From contig JBDLKA010000086.1 in NCBI GenBank assembly GCA_039714075.1, forward strand, positions 1-15,244: a stretch of 15,244 bases of DNA, written 5' to 3'. The stretch comes from Candidatus Krumholzibacteriota bacterium (lineage in GTDB: Bacteria > Krumholzibacteriota > Krumholzibacteriia > LZORAL124-64-63). How positions within the stretch are numbered: the stretch's first letter is position 1; the number at the start of each line of letters is the position of its first letter. The notes below the pieces were generated by a model that had not been told where the DNA came from, did no database searches, and saw nothing but the letters and a program-made list of their open reading frames with translations. A program made the translations under genes and the position numbers. This document shows, one piece after another, positions 1 to 8,057 of the stretch.

Positions 1-1964
1 TGGGGCAGGGTTTCCACGTAGGTGTTCTGCAGCTTGGCCACCTGGCGGTATTCCAGGATCAGGGCCGGCAGATCGTGCTCGTCCGCCAGCGCGGTCAGGA
101 CGCTGACATCGGTGCTCCAGCCGGTGGCCGTCTTCTTGATCGGCTTGAGACCCAGCTTCTCGAACAGGATGACGGCCAGTTGCTTGGGACTCTGGATATT
201 GAAGTCCTCGCCGGCCAGTTCTATGATGCGCTCGCGCAACGAGGTCATTTCCTTGTCGAAACGATCCCGCAGACTGCCCAGGAAGGTCTGGTCCACCATG
301 ATCCCGTTGCGTTCCATGGCCAGCAGGACCCGGGCGACAGGCATCTCGAGGTCCCGAAAGAGGTCGGCCAGACCGGCCTCGGCCAGCTTGGGATCAAGGA
401 TTTCATACAACCGCAGGGTCATGTCGGCGTCTTCGGCGGCGTAGAGCGCAAGCTGGTGCCGGTCTACCGCCAGGATATCCTTCAACCGGTCCGAACTGCT
501 GAACAGGTCGGCGAATTTCATCATGGGGTGATCAAGGAATTCGAGGACCAGGTCATCCAGGCCATGGCTTCTGCGTCCCGGATCCAGCACATAGGACGCC
601 AGCATGGTGTCGAACTGGTCGCCACCAAGGTCAAGGTCGTGGCGCCCGAGGACCCACTCGTCGAATTTGAGGTTCTGCCCCACCTTGAGACAATCCGCGG
701 CCAGCACACCCTTCAGCTTGGCCTGCACCGAAGCAAGGCGCGATTCCTCGCGGCCAGTGGGAAACAGGGTGCCCCCGGCGGCCGTGGAATCATCGACTTC
801 ACGCCACAAGACCGGAACATAGGCGGGTTCCAGCCGCTGCCCGGCACGATCCCATCCCGCCAGGCAAACACCCACCAGGCGGCATGTGTCTGTGCGCAAT
901 CCGTCCGTCTCGGTATCCACAGCCAGGGGGGCCAGGGGATCCCGGCGTTCCAGCCAGGATTCCAGCAGTTCGTCCGAGTCCAACAGCACGTAGCCGCGTT
1001 CCTTCAGCCGCGCTTCCCAAGGGGTATCTTCCTCTTGAGCCTTCGGGATGGTTTCGTCCGCAGAGTCCGCAGCCGGTGTCGGTTCCCCGGCTTTCTCCAG
1101 GCGCTCGATTTGGGCCAGGACCCGTCGCAGCCCGAGGGACTGGAGTAGCTTGCGAACCCCCGGACCGGTCGGGAGAATCGTGTTCATGGCCTCCCAGTCC
1201 AGTTCCAGATCCACGTCCTGCTTGATGACGAACAGGTCCCGGGAAAGGAATACCTGTTCCCGGTTCTCCCCCAGAACGCGCTTGAGGCGGGGGGTCAACT
1301 TGCTCTTCTCCAATCCCGCGTAGAGATCTTCAAGGTTGCCGAATTCCTGGATCAGCTTCCGGGCGGTCTTGTCCCCCACCCCCGGCGCGCCGGGGATGTT
1401 GTCGGCCGCGTCACCGGCCAGGGCGAAAACCTGAATCAGGGACGCAGGATCCATCTTGTATTCACGCCGGACATCGTCATCGGTCAGGGCCTTGGGGTCG
1501 GCGCCCGCCTTGCCGGGTTTGAGCATGCCCGTCCGGTCGTCCAGCAACTGCATGAAATCCTTGTCGCCGGTGTACAGCCAGACCTGGTCACAAATACCCG
1601 CCGACCGGCGGGCCACCGTCCCCATCACGTCATCAGCTTCCACGCCCTCTTTTTCCAGAACCGTGATTCCCCAGGCCTTCAGCAACTCCCGCAGGCGGGG
1701 CAACTGGTCGGCGAGCTCCTCGGGCATGGGTTTCCGCTGGGCCTTGTATTCGGGGAACATCTCGTGACGGAAATTACGGCCCTTGACATCGAACACCACG
1801 GCCATCTTCTCCGGCTGGTGCTTTTCGATAAGACCCAGCAGGGAATTGAAAAAACCGAAGACAACGGATGTGATTTCGCCGTTGGGCGCGGTCAGGGGAC
1901 GGCGGGCGAAGGCGTAGTGCGCGCGGTAGAAGAGTGCGGAACCGTCGATCAGGATCAGGGACAC
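1..1964 (-). CDS. polA: DNA polymerase I, 5' part (runs off the left edge of the window)
   Basis: Manually translated; open in one frame from GTG at 1964 (AAAGG about 8 nt upstream; alternative TTG at 1970) to the edge. It has 5'-3' exonuclease motifs LIDGSALFYRAHYA, FRHEMFPEYKAQR, EADDV, TGDKD and GDAADNIPGAPGVGDKTA. It has 3'-5' exonuclease motifs VDTET, GQNLKFD and YAAEDAD, then polymerase-domain FNIQSPKQL...ILEYRQVAKLQNTYVETLP. Confidence 0.97.
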   Translation of the reverse strand, partial: MSLILIDGSALFYRAHYAFARRPLTAPNGEITSVVFGFFNSLLGLIEKHQPEKMAVVFDVKGRNFRHEMFPEYKAQRKPMPEELADQLPRLRELLKAWGITVLEKEGVEADDVMGTVARRSAGICDQVWLYTGDKDFMQLLDDRTGMLKPGKAGADPKALTDDDVRREYKMDPASLIQVFALAGDAADNIPGAPGVGDKTARKLIQEFGNLEDLYAGLEKSKLTPRLKRVLGENREQVFLSRDLFVIKQDVDLELDWEAMNTILPTGPGVRKLLQSLGLRRVLAQIERLEKAGEPTPAADSADETIPKAQEEDTPWEARLKERGYVLLDSDELLESWLERRDPLAPLAVDTETDGLRTDTCRLVGVCLAGWDRAGQRLEPAYVPVLWREVDDSTAAGGTLFPTGREESRLASVQAKLKGVLAADCLKVGQNLKFDEWVLGRHDLDLGGDQFDTMLASYVLDPGRRSHGLDDLVLEFLDHPMMKFADLFSSSDRLKDILAVDRHQLALYAAEDADMTLRLYEILDPKLAEAGLADLFRDLEMPVARVLLAMERNGIMVDQTFLGSLRDRFDKEMTSLRERIIELAGEDFNIQSPKQLAVILFEKLGLKPIKKTATGWSTDVSVLTALADEHDLPALILEYRQVAKLQNTYVETLP

Positions 1965-2028
1965 CGCCAAGGCCTTTCATTGGTCGCAAAGGTGGCTGAA
2001 AATGGAACCGGAGGACCGCACCGGCGCC

Positions 2029-2619
2029 TCAGGGCTGGTAAATATTTTGGGCGGTGATGAAATCCGCCACCGCCGGGGGCAACTGGTCGACAGGCATGAT
2101 GCCCCGGGCCAAGATAGCACGGACCGCGCTGGATGACACGGGATGGTCGAAGTCGTTGACCGGGATCACCCTGCCGGGATCCAGACCGGACCGCCGGATG
2201 CTTTCCGCGTCCGGATCGACTCCGTCCCTGGGAAAGACCACGATCTCGGCCAGCTCCTGTATCCTGCCCGGCTCCCGCCATCCCGCAAACCCCGTCAGGT
2301 TGTCCGCGCCGATGACCAACCGCAGGCGGTCGCCGGGGAAATCAACCGCCAGATCCTCCAGGGTTTCCACCGTGTAGGACACGCGGCCGCGGGTGATTTC
2401 ACGGTCGTCGACCTCGGTGCCGTCCATCCCGGCGAAAGCCAATTCCACCATGGCGAGACGGTCGGAGGGGGTGGCGGAATCTTCGAATTTGTGGGGGGAA
2501 CGCCAGGCGGGAACCACCAGAAGCCGGTCAGCCAGATCGTTTTCCAGGATATGGGCCGCCATGGCCAGGTGACCCAGATGAACCGGGTCGAAGGAACCGC
2601 CCAGGATGGCCCGTAACAT
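2029..2619 (-). CDS. nadD: Nicotinate-nucleotide adenylyltransferase
   Basis: GGSFDPVHLGHL (HxGH motif), SPHK, SYTVETL, IGADNL, VSSSAVR. The ATG at 2619 overlaps the bamD stop (TGATG). Confidence 0.95.
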   Translation of the reverse strand: MLRAILGGSFDPVHLGHLAMAAHILENDLADRLLVVPAWRSPHKFEDSATPSDRLAMVELAFAGMDGTEVDDREITRGRVSYTVETLEDLAVDFPGDRLRLVIGADNLTGFAGWREPGRIQELAEIVVFPRDGVDPDAESIRRSGLDPGRVIPVNDFDHPVSSSAVRAILARGIMPVDQLPPAVADFITAQNIYQP

Positions 2620-3392
2620 CAATCCCCATCCTCCTCCAGCGACCGGAGGGCTTTCCCGGCCTTTCCTGCGTAACGGCTGTCCGGATATTCACCGACCAGC
2701 CTCTCGTACATGCGGGCGGCGGTGTCCGGGTCGTCCAGCTTTTCGGCGGCCTTGGCCCGCTCCCACAGCACGTCCGGAATGAGAGAGCTCCCCGCTTCAT
2801 CGGTCATGATGTCGTCGAGGGTGATGGCCACCGCTTCATGCCGGTGCAACTGTTTGTAGATCTTGACCTGTTCCAGCCTCTTGCGCACCATCAAATCCGA
2901 TATCCCGGCCATGTGCTCGACGACCTGCGGCATGTACCTTGAATTGGGGTATTCCTGGCTGAATTTCAAAAAGTGCAACCGCGCTTCATAGGCGCCGGTG
3001 ATGTCCCTCTCGATACGACCCACCTGTTCGAGATAGGCCACGCCCTCCTGGTAGAGAGCGTCTTCCACCCGGTTGCTGGTGGGGTAATCCTTGCGCAGGA
3101 TCTGGAGTTCAACGGCCGCCAGGGGATACTCCCCCATTTCCATGTAGGTCAGGCTCTTGAGGTACTGGGCTTCGGAGGCCAGGCTGTCGGTGGGATTGTG
3201 GCGGATGAAGGATTCCAGGGCCGCAACAGCTTCCACGTCCTTGCCCTGTTCCGCAAAAAACACACCCCGTTCGTAGGTGCCGCTCTGATAGGGGTTGCTC
3301 GCCCCGCAACCGGCCAGGACGGAAAGCACGATAAAAATGGCCGGAACGAGGGCCCGGGATCCGTTCATGCTCTGCCGGAACATTGCTGCCAT
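2619..3392 (-). CDS. bamD: Outer membrane protein assembly factor BamD-like TPR lipoprotein
   Basis: Signal peptide with lipobox LAG-C, then TPR helices (FIRHNPTDSLASEAQY, DYPTSNRVEDALY, RDITGAYEARLHFLKFSQEYPNSRY). The start is uncertain (3392, 3383 or 3368); AGGAAGG upstream favours 3392. Confidence 0.85.
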   Translation of the reverse strand: MAAMFRQSMNGSRALVPAIFIVLSVLAGCGASNPYQSGTYERGVFFAEQGKDVEAVAALESFIRHNPTDSLASEAQYLKSLTYMEMGEYPLAAVELQILRKDYPTSNRVEDALYQEGVAYLEQVGRIERDITGAYEARLHFLKFSQEYPNSRYMPQVVEHMAGISDLMVRKRLEQVKIYKQLHRHEAVAITLDDIMTDEAGSSLIPDVLWERAKAAEKLDDPDTAARMYERLVGEYPDSRYAGKAGKALRSLEEDGD

Positions 3393-3431
3393 GAACAAGC
3401 AATCCTTCCTAGAATGCCCGGGCGTGCCGGG

Positions 3432-4133
3432 TCAGTTTCCTGTATTGGAAAAATAAACGGCGATCAGACCGACCAGTGTCCCCAGGACGACGATCTCCTC
3501 CATCCGATTCTGCCAGCCACTGCCGGAAGTTTCCGCGGACGTAAAATCGTAGAGCGGGGATTCAACCGCATCGAAGTCGCCGTTGTCGACCCTGTCGGCG
3601 AACCGCCGCGTCACGATATCCTTGAACAGCAACCGGCCGGAATCGGCTTCGGTCAACTCGACCGAGGCGGTTACCGAGACATCCCTGGCGACCCAGCGTT
3701 GCCAGATCCCGAGAGTCCGGCCCACCTCCGGGTAGGACAGTTCCACGCCGACGACCTTGTAATCGAAAACGATGTCGACAGGAGCCTGGACGGTGGAATC
3801 GGCGGCGACCACAAAAACCTCGTGGCCCATACTGCCAAGAATGTCGGAGGCCACACCGCCGAAAACATCATCCCCGTCCAGGCCGCCCTGGTTGACCATC
3901 AGAACGGCGGCCGGAGGCGCAGGCAACACATTGGTGAAAGAAGCCACGATTTCACTCATCAGGGCCTCGGTAAGCCACAAGTTCGTGCGCACCGTATCGG
4001 GTGCATCGAAGGCGGGCATGTAACCGGCCGCGGAAGCGCCGCCCTCTGCCTCACCGGCGGCCATCCCGGTACCGGCCAGAAGCGCGACCATCAACGCAGC
4101 CAAGACCAGTGTTGAACCAGATTTCCTGTCCAT
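3432..4133 (-). CDS. Hypothetical exported protein (233 aa) with N-terminal signal peptide and C-terminal hydrophobic segment
   Basis: ATG at 4133 (MDRKSGSTLVLAALMVALLAGTGMAA), chosen because the longer ORF-track start lies inside rimO. The body has an alpha/beta pattern and the C-terminus is EEIVVLGTLVGLIAVYFSNTGN. Confidence 0.85.
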   Translation of the reverse strand: MDRKSGSTLVLAALMVALLAGTGMAAGEAEGGASAAGYMPAFDAPDTVRTNLWLTEALMSEIVASFTNVLPAPPAAVLMVNQGGLDGDDVFGGVASDILGSMGHEVFVVAADSTVQAPVDIVFDYKVVGVELSYPEVGRTLGIWQRWVARDVSVTASVELTEADSGRLLFKDIVTRRFADRVDNGDFDAVESPLYDFTSAETSGSGWQNRMEEIVVLGTLVGLIAVYFSNTGN

Positions 4134-4194
4134 GCTTCCGGATTCCCTTTCTCGCCCGGGGATCGATGGATCCCGGCGGATCGTATCCACAGCG

Positions 4195-5655
4195 CTAAAC
4201 ATTCGCAGCCCAGGTATCGTACGGGGTGACCGCCCTGAATTCAGCGTCAACCCAATGGCCGGGCTGCAGGCCGGCCGCGGGCATGACAATGATCCCATCC
4301 AGATCGTAACCGAAATGATAACTCCGACAAAGGGCCAGGGAAACTTCCGATCCCAATACACCGCCAAAGGCTTCGCGTTCCCTTTCGTCCGCCCAGACCC
4401 CCTCGCTGAAGGATTCCAGGATGCGCGAAGCCTCTTCGGACCCGTCGGCGCCGGGTCGGATGATCTCATCCACCACCGCGGAAAACTTCCGGCCCAGCCT
4501 GGTCTGCTGCCGGCCCAGGGAGATATCGGCCTGCAGATCCATGATCAGGGCTTCCCGGTCATGGATCACCTCGTCCGGAACGCGGTCGGGCATTTCCGCC
4601 GCCGGCGTTCCCTTTTCGGGAGAAAACCGGTAGGTGCCGAGATGGTCGAATTCAACGGCGGCCAGGAAATCGGCCAGAACCGAAACATCCTCATCCTCTT
4701 CCCCGGGAAACCCGAGCAGGGCGGTGGAACGGAGAACCAGATCGGGCCGGTCTTTCCTCAGGGCGTGAAAGAAGTCGGGCGAAGCCTTGGCGCCGCCCGG
4801 GCGGTTCATGGCCTTCAGGATTCGCGGTGACGCATGCTGGATGGGGATTTCCAGATAGGGCGCCACCTTCTCCAGTTCGAGCATCCGGCGCAAATCATCG
4901 ACCGAGACCATGCCCGCGTACAGGTACAACAACCGCAGGCGGCGCAGGCCGTCCACCTGGTTCAGGCCGGTGACCAGTTCCAGCAGGGTCTGACCGGTGT
5001 CGCGCCCGAAATCGCTGGTGTTCTGGGAAACCAGCTGGATCTCCGTCACACCCCTGGCCACGTGCCCGCGCACCTCGGTCACGATCTCGTCCACCTGCCG
5101 GCTACGCTGCTTGCCCCGGATCAGGGGGATCCGGCAGAAGGTGCAGCTGCAGTTGCACCCCTCGCCGATCTTGACAAAGGCCACGTGGGGCGGCGTCAGC
5201 AGGGGACGCCCCACCAGGCCGGTGTAGTCGACGGCCATGGGATCTTCAACCAGGGGCGGCCCCGCCAGGGGGAAGTCTACCGCCGCCGGCGTCTTCACCG
5301 ATCCGGTATCCGGAATGCCACCGAGACAGGCGGCCACCACGCGGTCGAACTGCCCCACGCCGGCGACGATGTCCACCTCGGGGAAACGGCTCTGGATTTC
5401 CTCCCCGTGTTCCTGGGACCAGCAACCGAAGACGACCAGGGTCCGGTCTTCCTTGTTTTCGATCAGGGAGCGCAGGGTTTCTTCACTGTCGGCGCGGGCC
5501 GCGTCAATGAAGCCACAGCTGTTCAGCACCCAGATATCCGCGGAGTCGGGGTCATTGACCGGCTGGATTCCCTTGAGGGCGAACCGCCCCAGCAGCGCTT
5601 CGGAATCGACCAGGTTCTTGTCGCAGCCGAGGGTGGCGCAGAAAACGCGTTTCAT
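4195..5655 (-). CDS. rimO: Ribosomal protein S12 methylthiotransferase RimO (divergent TRAM domain)
   Basis: Begins MKRVFCATLGCDKNLVDSE, with N-terminal cluster cysteines (LGC, NSCGFI, FGC), radical SAM CxxxCxxC (EGCNCSCTFC, 5134-5157), IPIQH and GFPGE. The ATG overlaps the ftsK stop (TGATG). Confidence 0.9.
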   Translation of the reverse strand: MKRVFCATLGCDKNLVDSEALLGRFALKGIQPVNDPDSADIWVLNSCGFIDAARADSEETLRSLIENKEDRTLVVFGCWSQEHGEEIQSRFPEVDIVAGVGQFDRVVAACLGGIPDTGSVKTPAAVDFPLAGPPLVEDPMAVDYTGLVGRPLLTPPHVAFVKIGEGCNCSCTFCRIPLIRGKQRSRQVDEIVTEVRGHVARGVTEIQLVSQNTSDFGRDTGQTLLELVTGLNQVDGLRRLRLLYLYAGMVSVDDLRRMLELEKVAPYLEIPIQHASPRILKAMNRPGGAKASPDFFHALRKDRPDLVLRSTALLGFPGEEDEDVSVLADFLAAVEFDHLGTYRFSPEKGTPAAEMPDRVPDEVIHDREALIMDLQADISLGRQQTRLGRKFSAVVDEIIRPGADGSEEASRILESFSEGVWADEREREAFGGVLGSEVSLALCRSYHFGYDLDGIIVMPAAGLQPGHWVDAEFRAVTPYDTWAANV

Positions 5656-8057
5656 CAGGCCTGTCCCTCTTCCATGCCGGGCAGGTCCTCGGGTTTGATC
5701 AGGACATCCCGCGCCTTGCTGCCGGTGAACGGGCCCACCACGCCCGCCTCTTCCAGCATGTCCATCAGTCGTCCCGCCCGGGTGTAGCCGATGCGCAACC
5801 GGCGCTGCAGAAGGGATGTGGAACCGCTCTGGTGCAGGACCACAACCTCTCTCGCCTGCTCGTACAAATCGTCCTCGCCGGTGACCATGCCCCCGCCCGC
5901 GGGGTTCTCGGTCAGGCTGATTTCCTCGGTGCTGCCCGAGAACTGACGCCAGTGTTCGGCGATGGCTTCGCATTCATCCACATCGATGAAGGATCCGTGC
6001 ACACGCACGGGAAGGGCCCGGCCAGGCTGCAGGTACAGCATGTCGCCGTGGCCGAGCAATTGTTCGGCGCCGTTCATGTCCAGCACCGTGCGCGAATCGT
6101 TCTTCTGGATCACCCGAAAGGCGATCCGGCAGGGGATGTTGGCCTTGATCACACCGGTCAGCACATCAACGCTGGGCCGCTGCGTGGCCAGGATCAGGTG
6201 GATGCCCACCGCCCGGGCCTTCTGGGCCAGGCGGGTGATCGGGCCTTCAATATCGTTGCCGAGCTGGAGCATGAGGTCGGCCAGTTCGTCGACGATGGTC
6301 AGGAAATAGGGCATGGGTTCGGTGACGACTTCGCCGTCGGTGTCGGTAACTTCTCCCCGGGCCACCTTGTCGTTGTACTGCTGGATGTTGCGGACCGAAC
6401 ATTTGGCCAGGCTGCGGTAACGGTGTTCCATCTGGGCCACCATCCACTGCAGGGCCTTCAGGGATTCACGCGGATCGGTGACCACCGGCAACAACAGGTG
6501 CGGGATCCCGTTGTAGACGTTCATCTCCAGCATCTTGGGATCGATCAGGATCATGCGCAGCCGGGACGGATCATTCCTCATGATGAGGTTGCAGATGATG
6601 GCGTTCAGACAGACGGACTTGCCGCTGCCCGTGGAACCGGCCACCAGCAGGTGCGGCAGGGCGGCGACGTCGATGCTGACCGGCCGGCCCACCACATCCT
6701 TACCCAGCACGACCGAAAGAGGATTGCGCTTCTGGGTCCCGGTCAGTTCCAGGACCTCGCGCAGGCGGACCATCCTGGCGGTGGGATTGGGAATCTCGAT
6801 GCCCACGGCCGCCTTGCCGGGAATGGGCGCTTCCATGCGGATGGACCGGGCGCGCATGGCCAAGGCCAGGTCGTCACTTCTTTGCACGATCTGGTTCACG
6901 CGGATACCGGCGCCGGGCTGGTATTCGAACGTCGTCACCACGGGACCGGGACGAACGTCTTTCACTTCGCCTTCCACCCCGAACGACCGCAGAGTGTCTT
7001 CCAGCAGATCGGCCGACTGATCCAGGTCGGTGGCGGAGATCGCCTGCCCCTCGGGGCCAGCCGGCGTCAACAGGTCCAAGCCGGGCAGGGCCATGGGACC
7101 GGTTTTTTTCTTGGCCTTTTTGCGGGGCCTGGGCCTGGGGGCTCCACCTCCGGTCGCGGGACCGTCGCCCTCGAATTCACCCTCGGCGCCGGGCAGGATT
7201 CTCTCTTCGGGAATGCCCCCTGCCTGGGCAGCCACCGGGGTGGTAGGCGGGGCGTCCGGTTCGGGCGCCTGATGCAACCTTCTCTCCTTGCCGGCCGCCG
7301 TTTCTGCATCTTCCCAGTCAATGTCATCGGCAGCGGACTGCCCGGAAGCAGATTCATCACCTTCTTGATCACCGCTTGAACGGGACATCAAACCCCACAA
7401 CCACCGGCCCAACCCCACCAAAGCGGCCAGGGGCCAGCTCAGAACCTCCACCAGACCACGGCCAAAGCCGAGCAGGCCTCTACCCAAAAAAGAAGACACC
7501 CCCGCCAGGCCACCCAGCCAGGGTTTGAAAATCAGGATCACCGCCACCAGCAGGAAAAGCGTCAGAAAGATGCGGCCGCCCCAGACCCCCAAGGGGGCGT
7601 ATAGACCCCGGGCCAGAAACAGACCGACCGCGCCACCCAGGCGCACTCCCGCATCGCCGGTGAAAATTCCCCCGGGCTGGGCGATCCAGGCGGATGTCAC
7701 GAGCCACAGGGGAACGGCCCGCAGAACCAGCGGGCGCAGGCCGCGTTGGCGACCGAGCAGGTAACCGAAACCGCTCGCCCCCACCCACAGGGGAATCGTC
7801 CAACACCACAGGCTGCCGAAAACAAGATGAAGAAAAACGTTGATGACCGAGCCGACGGGACCGCCGGCGTTTTCGAGGGCCAACAGATCGCCGGCGCCGG
7901 CGCCTTCCAGAACACCCCACCAGGTACCGGGATCACCCGCCAGGGCCAGGCCGAAGTAGACCGCCACGGCCACCAGCAACAGGCCGGTCAGCCACGGGGC
8001 TTCGTACCAGGGGGCGCCCCCTTTTTTCCTAGCCTTCTTCTGATTTCGCCCGGACAC
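5655..8057 (-). CDS. ftsK: DNA translocase FtsK
   Basis: N-terminal TM segments, an acidic/Pro-rich linker, GPVVTTFE, PHLLVAGSTGSGKS (Walker A), IVDELADLM, ATQRPSVDV, GAEQLLGHGDML and gamma domain STSLLQRRLRIGYTRAGRLMDMLE. GTG start with AGGAGG SD upstream. Confidence 0.97.
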   Translation of the reverse strand: MSGRNQKKARKKGGAPWYEAPWLTGLLLVAVAVYFGLALAGDPGTWWGVLEGAGAGDLLALENAGGPVGSVINVFLHLVFGSLWCWTIPLWVGASGFGYLLGRQRGLRPLVLRAVPLWLVTSAWIAQPGGIFTGDAGVRLGGAVGLFLARGLYAPLGVWGGRIFLTLFLLVAVILIFKPWLGGLAGVSSFLGRGLLGFGRGLVEVLSWPLAALVGLGRWLWGLMSRSSGDQEGDESASGQSAADDIDWEDAETAAGKERRLHQAPEPDAPPTTPVAAQAGGIPEERILPGAEGEFEGDGPATGGGAPRPRPRKKAKKKTGPMALPGLDLLTPAGPEGQAISATDLDQSADLLEDTLRSFGVEGEVKDVRPGPVVTTFEYQPGAGIRVNQIVQRSDDLALAMRARSIRMEAPIPGKAAVGIEIPNPTARMVRLREVLELTGTQKRNPLSVVLGKDVVGRPVSIDVAALPHLLVAGSTGSGKSVCLNAIICNLIMRNDPSRLRMILIDPKMLEMNVYNGIPHLLLPVVTDPRESLKALQWMVAQMEHRYRSLAKCSVRNIQQYNDKVARGEVTDTDGEVVTEPMPYFLTIVDELADLMLQLGNDIEGPITRLAQKARAVGIHLILATQRPSVDVLTGVIKANIPCRIAFRVIQKNDSRTVLDMNGAEQLLGHGDMLYLQPGRALPVRVHGSFIDVDECEAIAEHWRQFSGSTEEISLTENPAGGGMVTGEDDLYEQAREVVVLHQSGSTSLLQRRLRIGYTRAGRLMDMLEEAGVVGPFTGSKARDVLIKPEDLPGMEEGQA

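Noticed and set aside
4153..4191. Small hairpin GGGATC-GATG-GATCCC, three GATC sites and a near DnaA box (GTATCCACA)
   Set aside because: There is no U-tract for a terminator. A single 8/9 DnaA-box match also occurs inside polA (913-921), and there is no AT-rich unwinding element, so this is not an origin.
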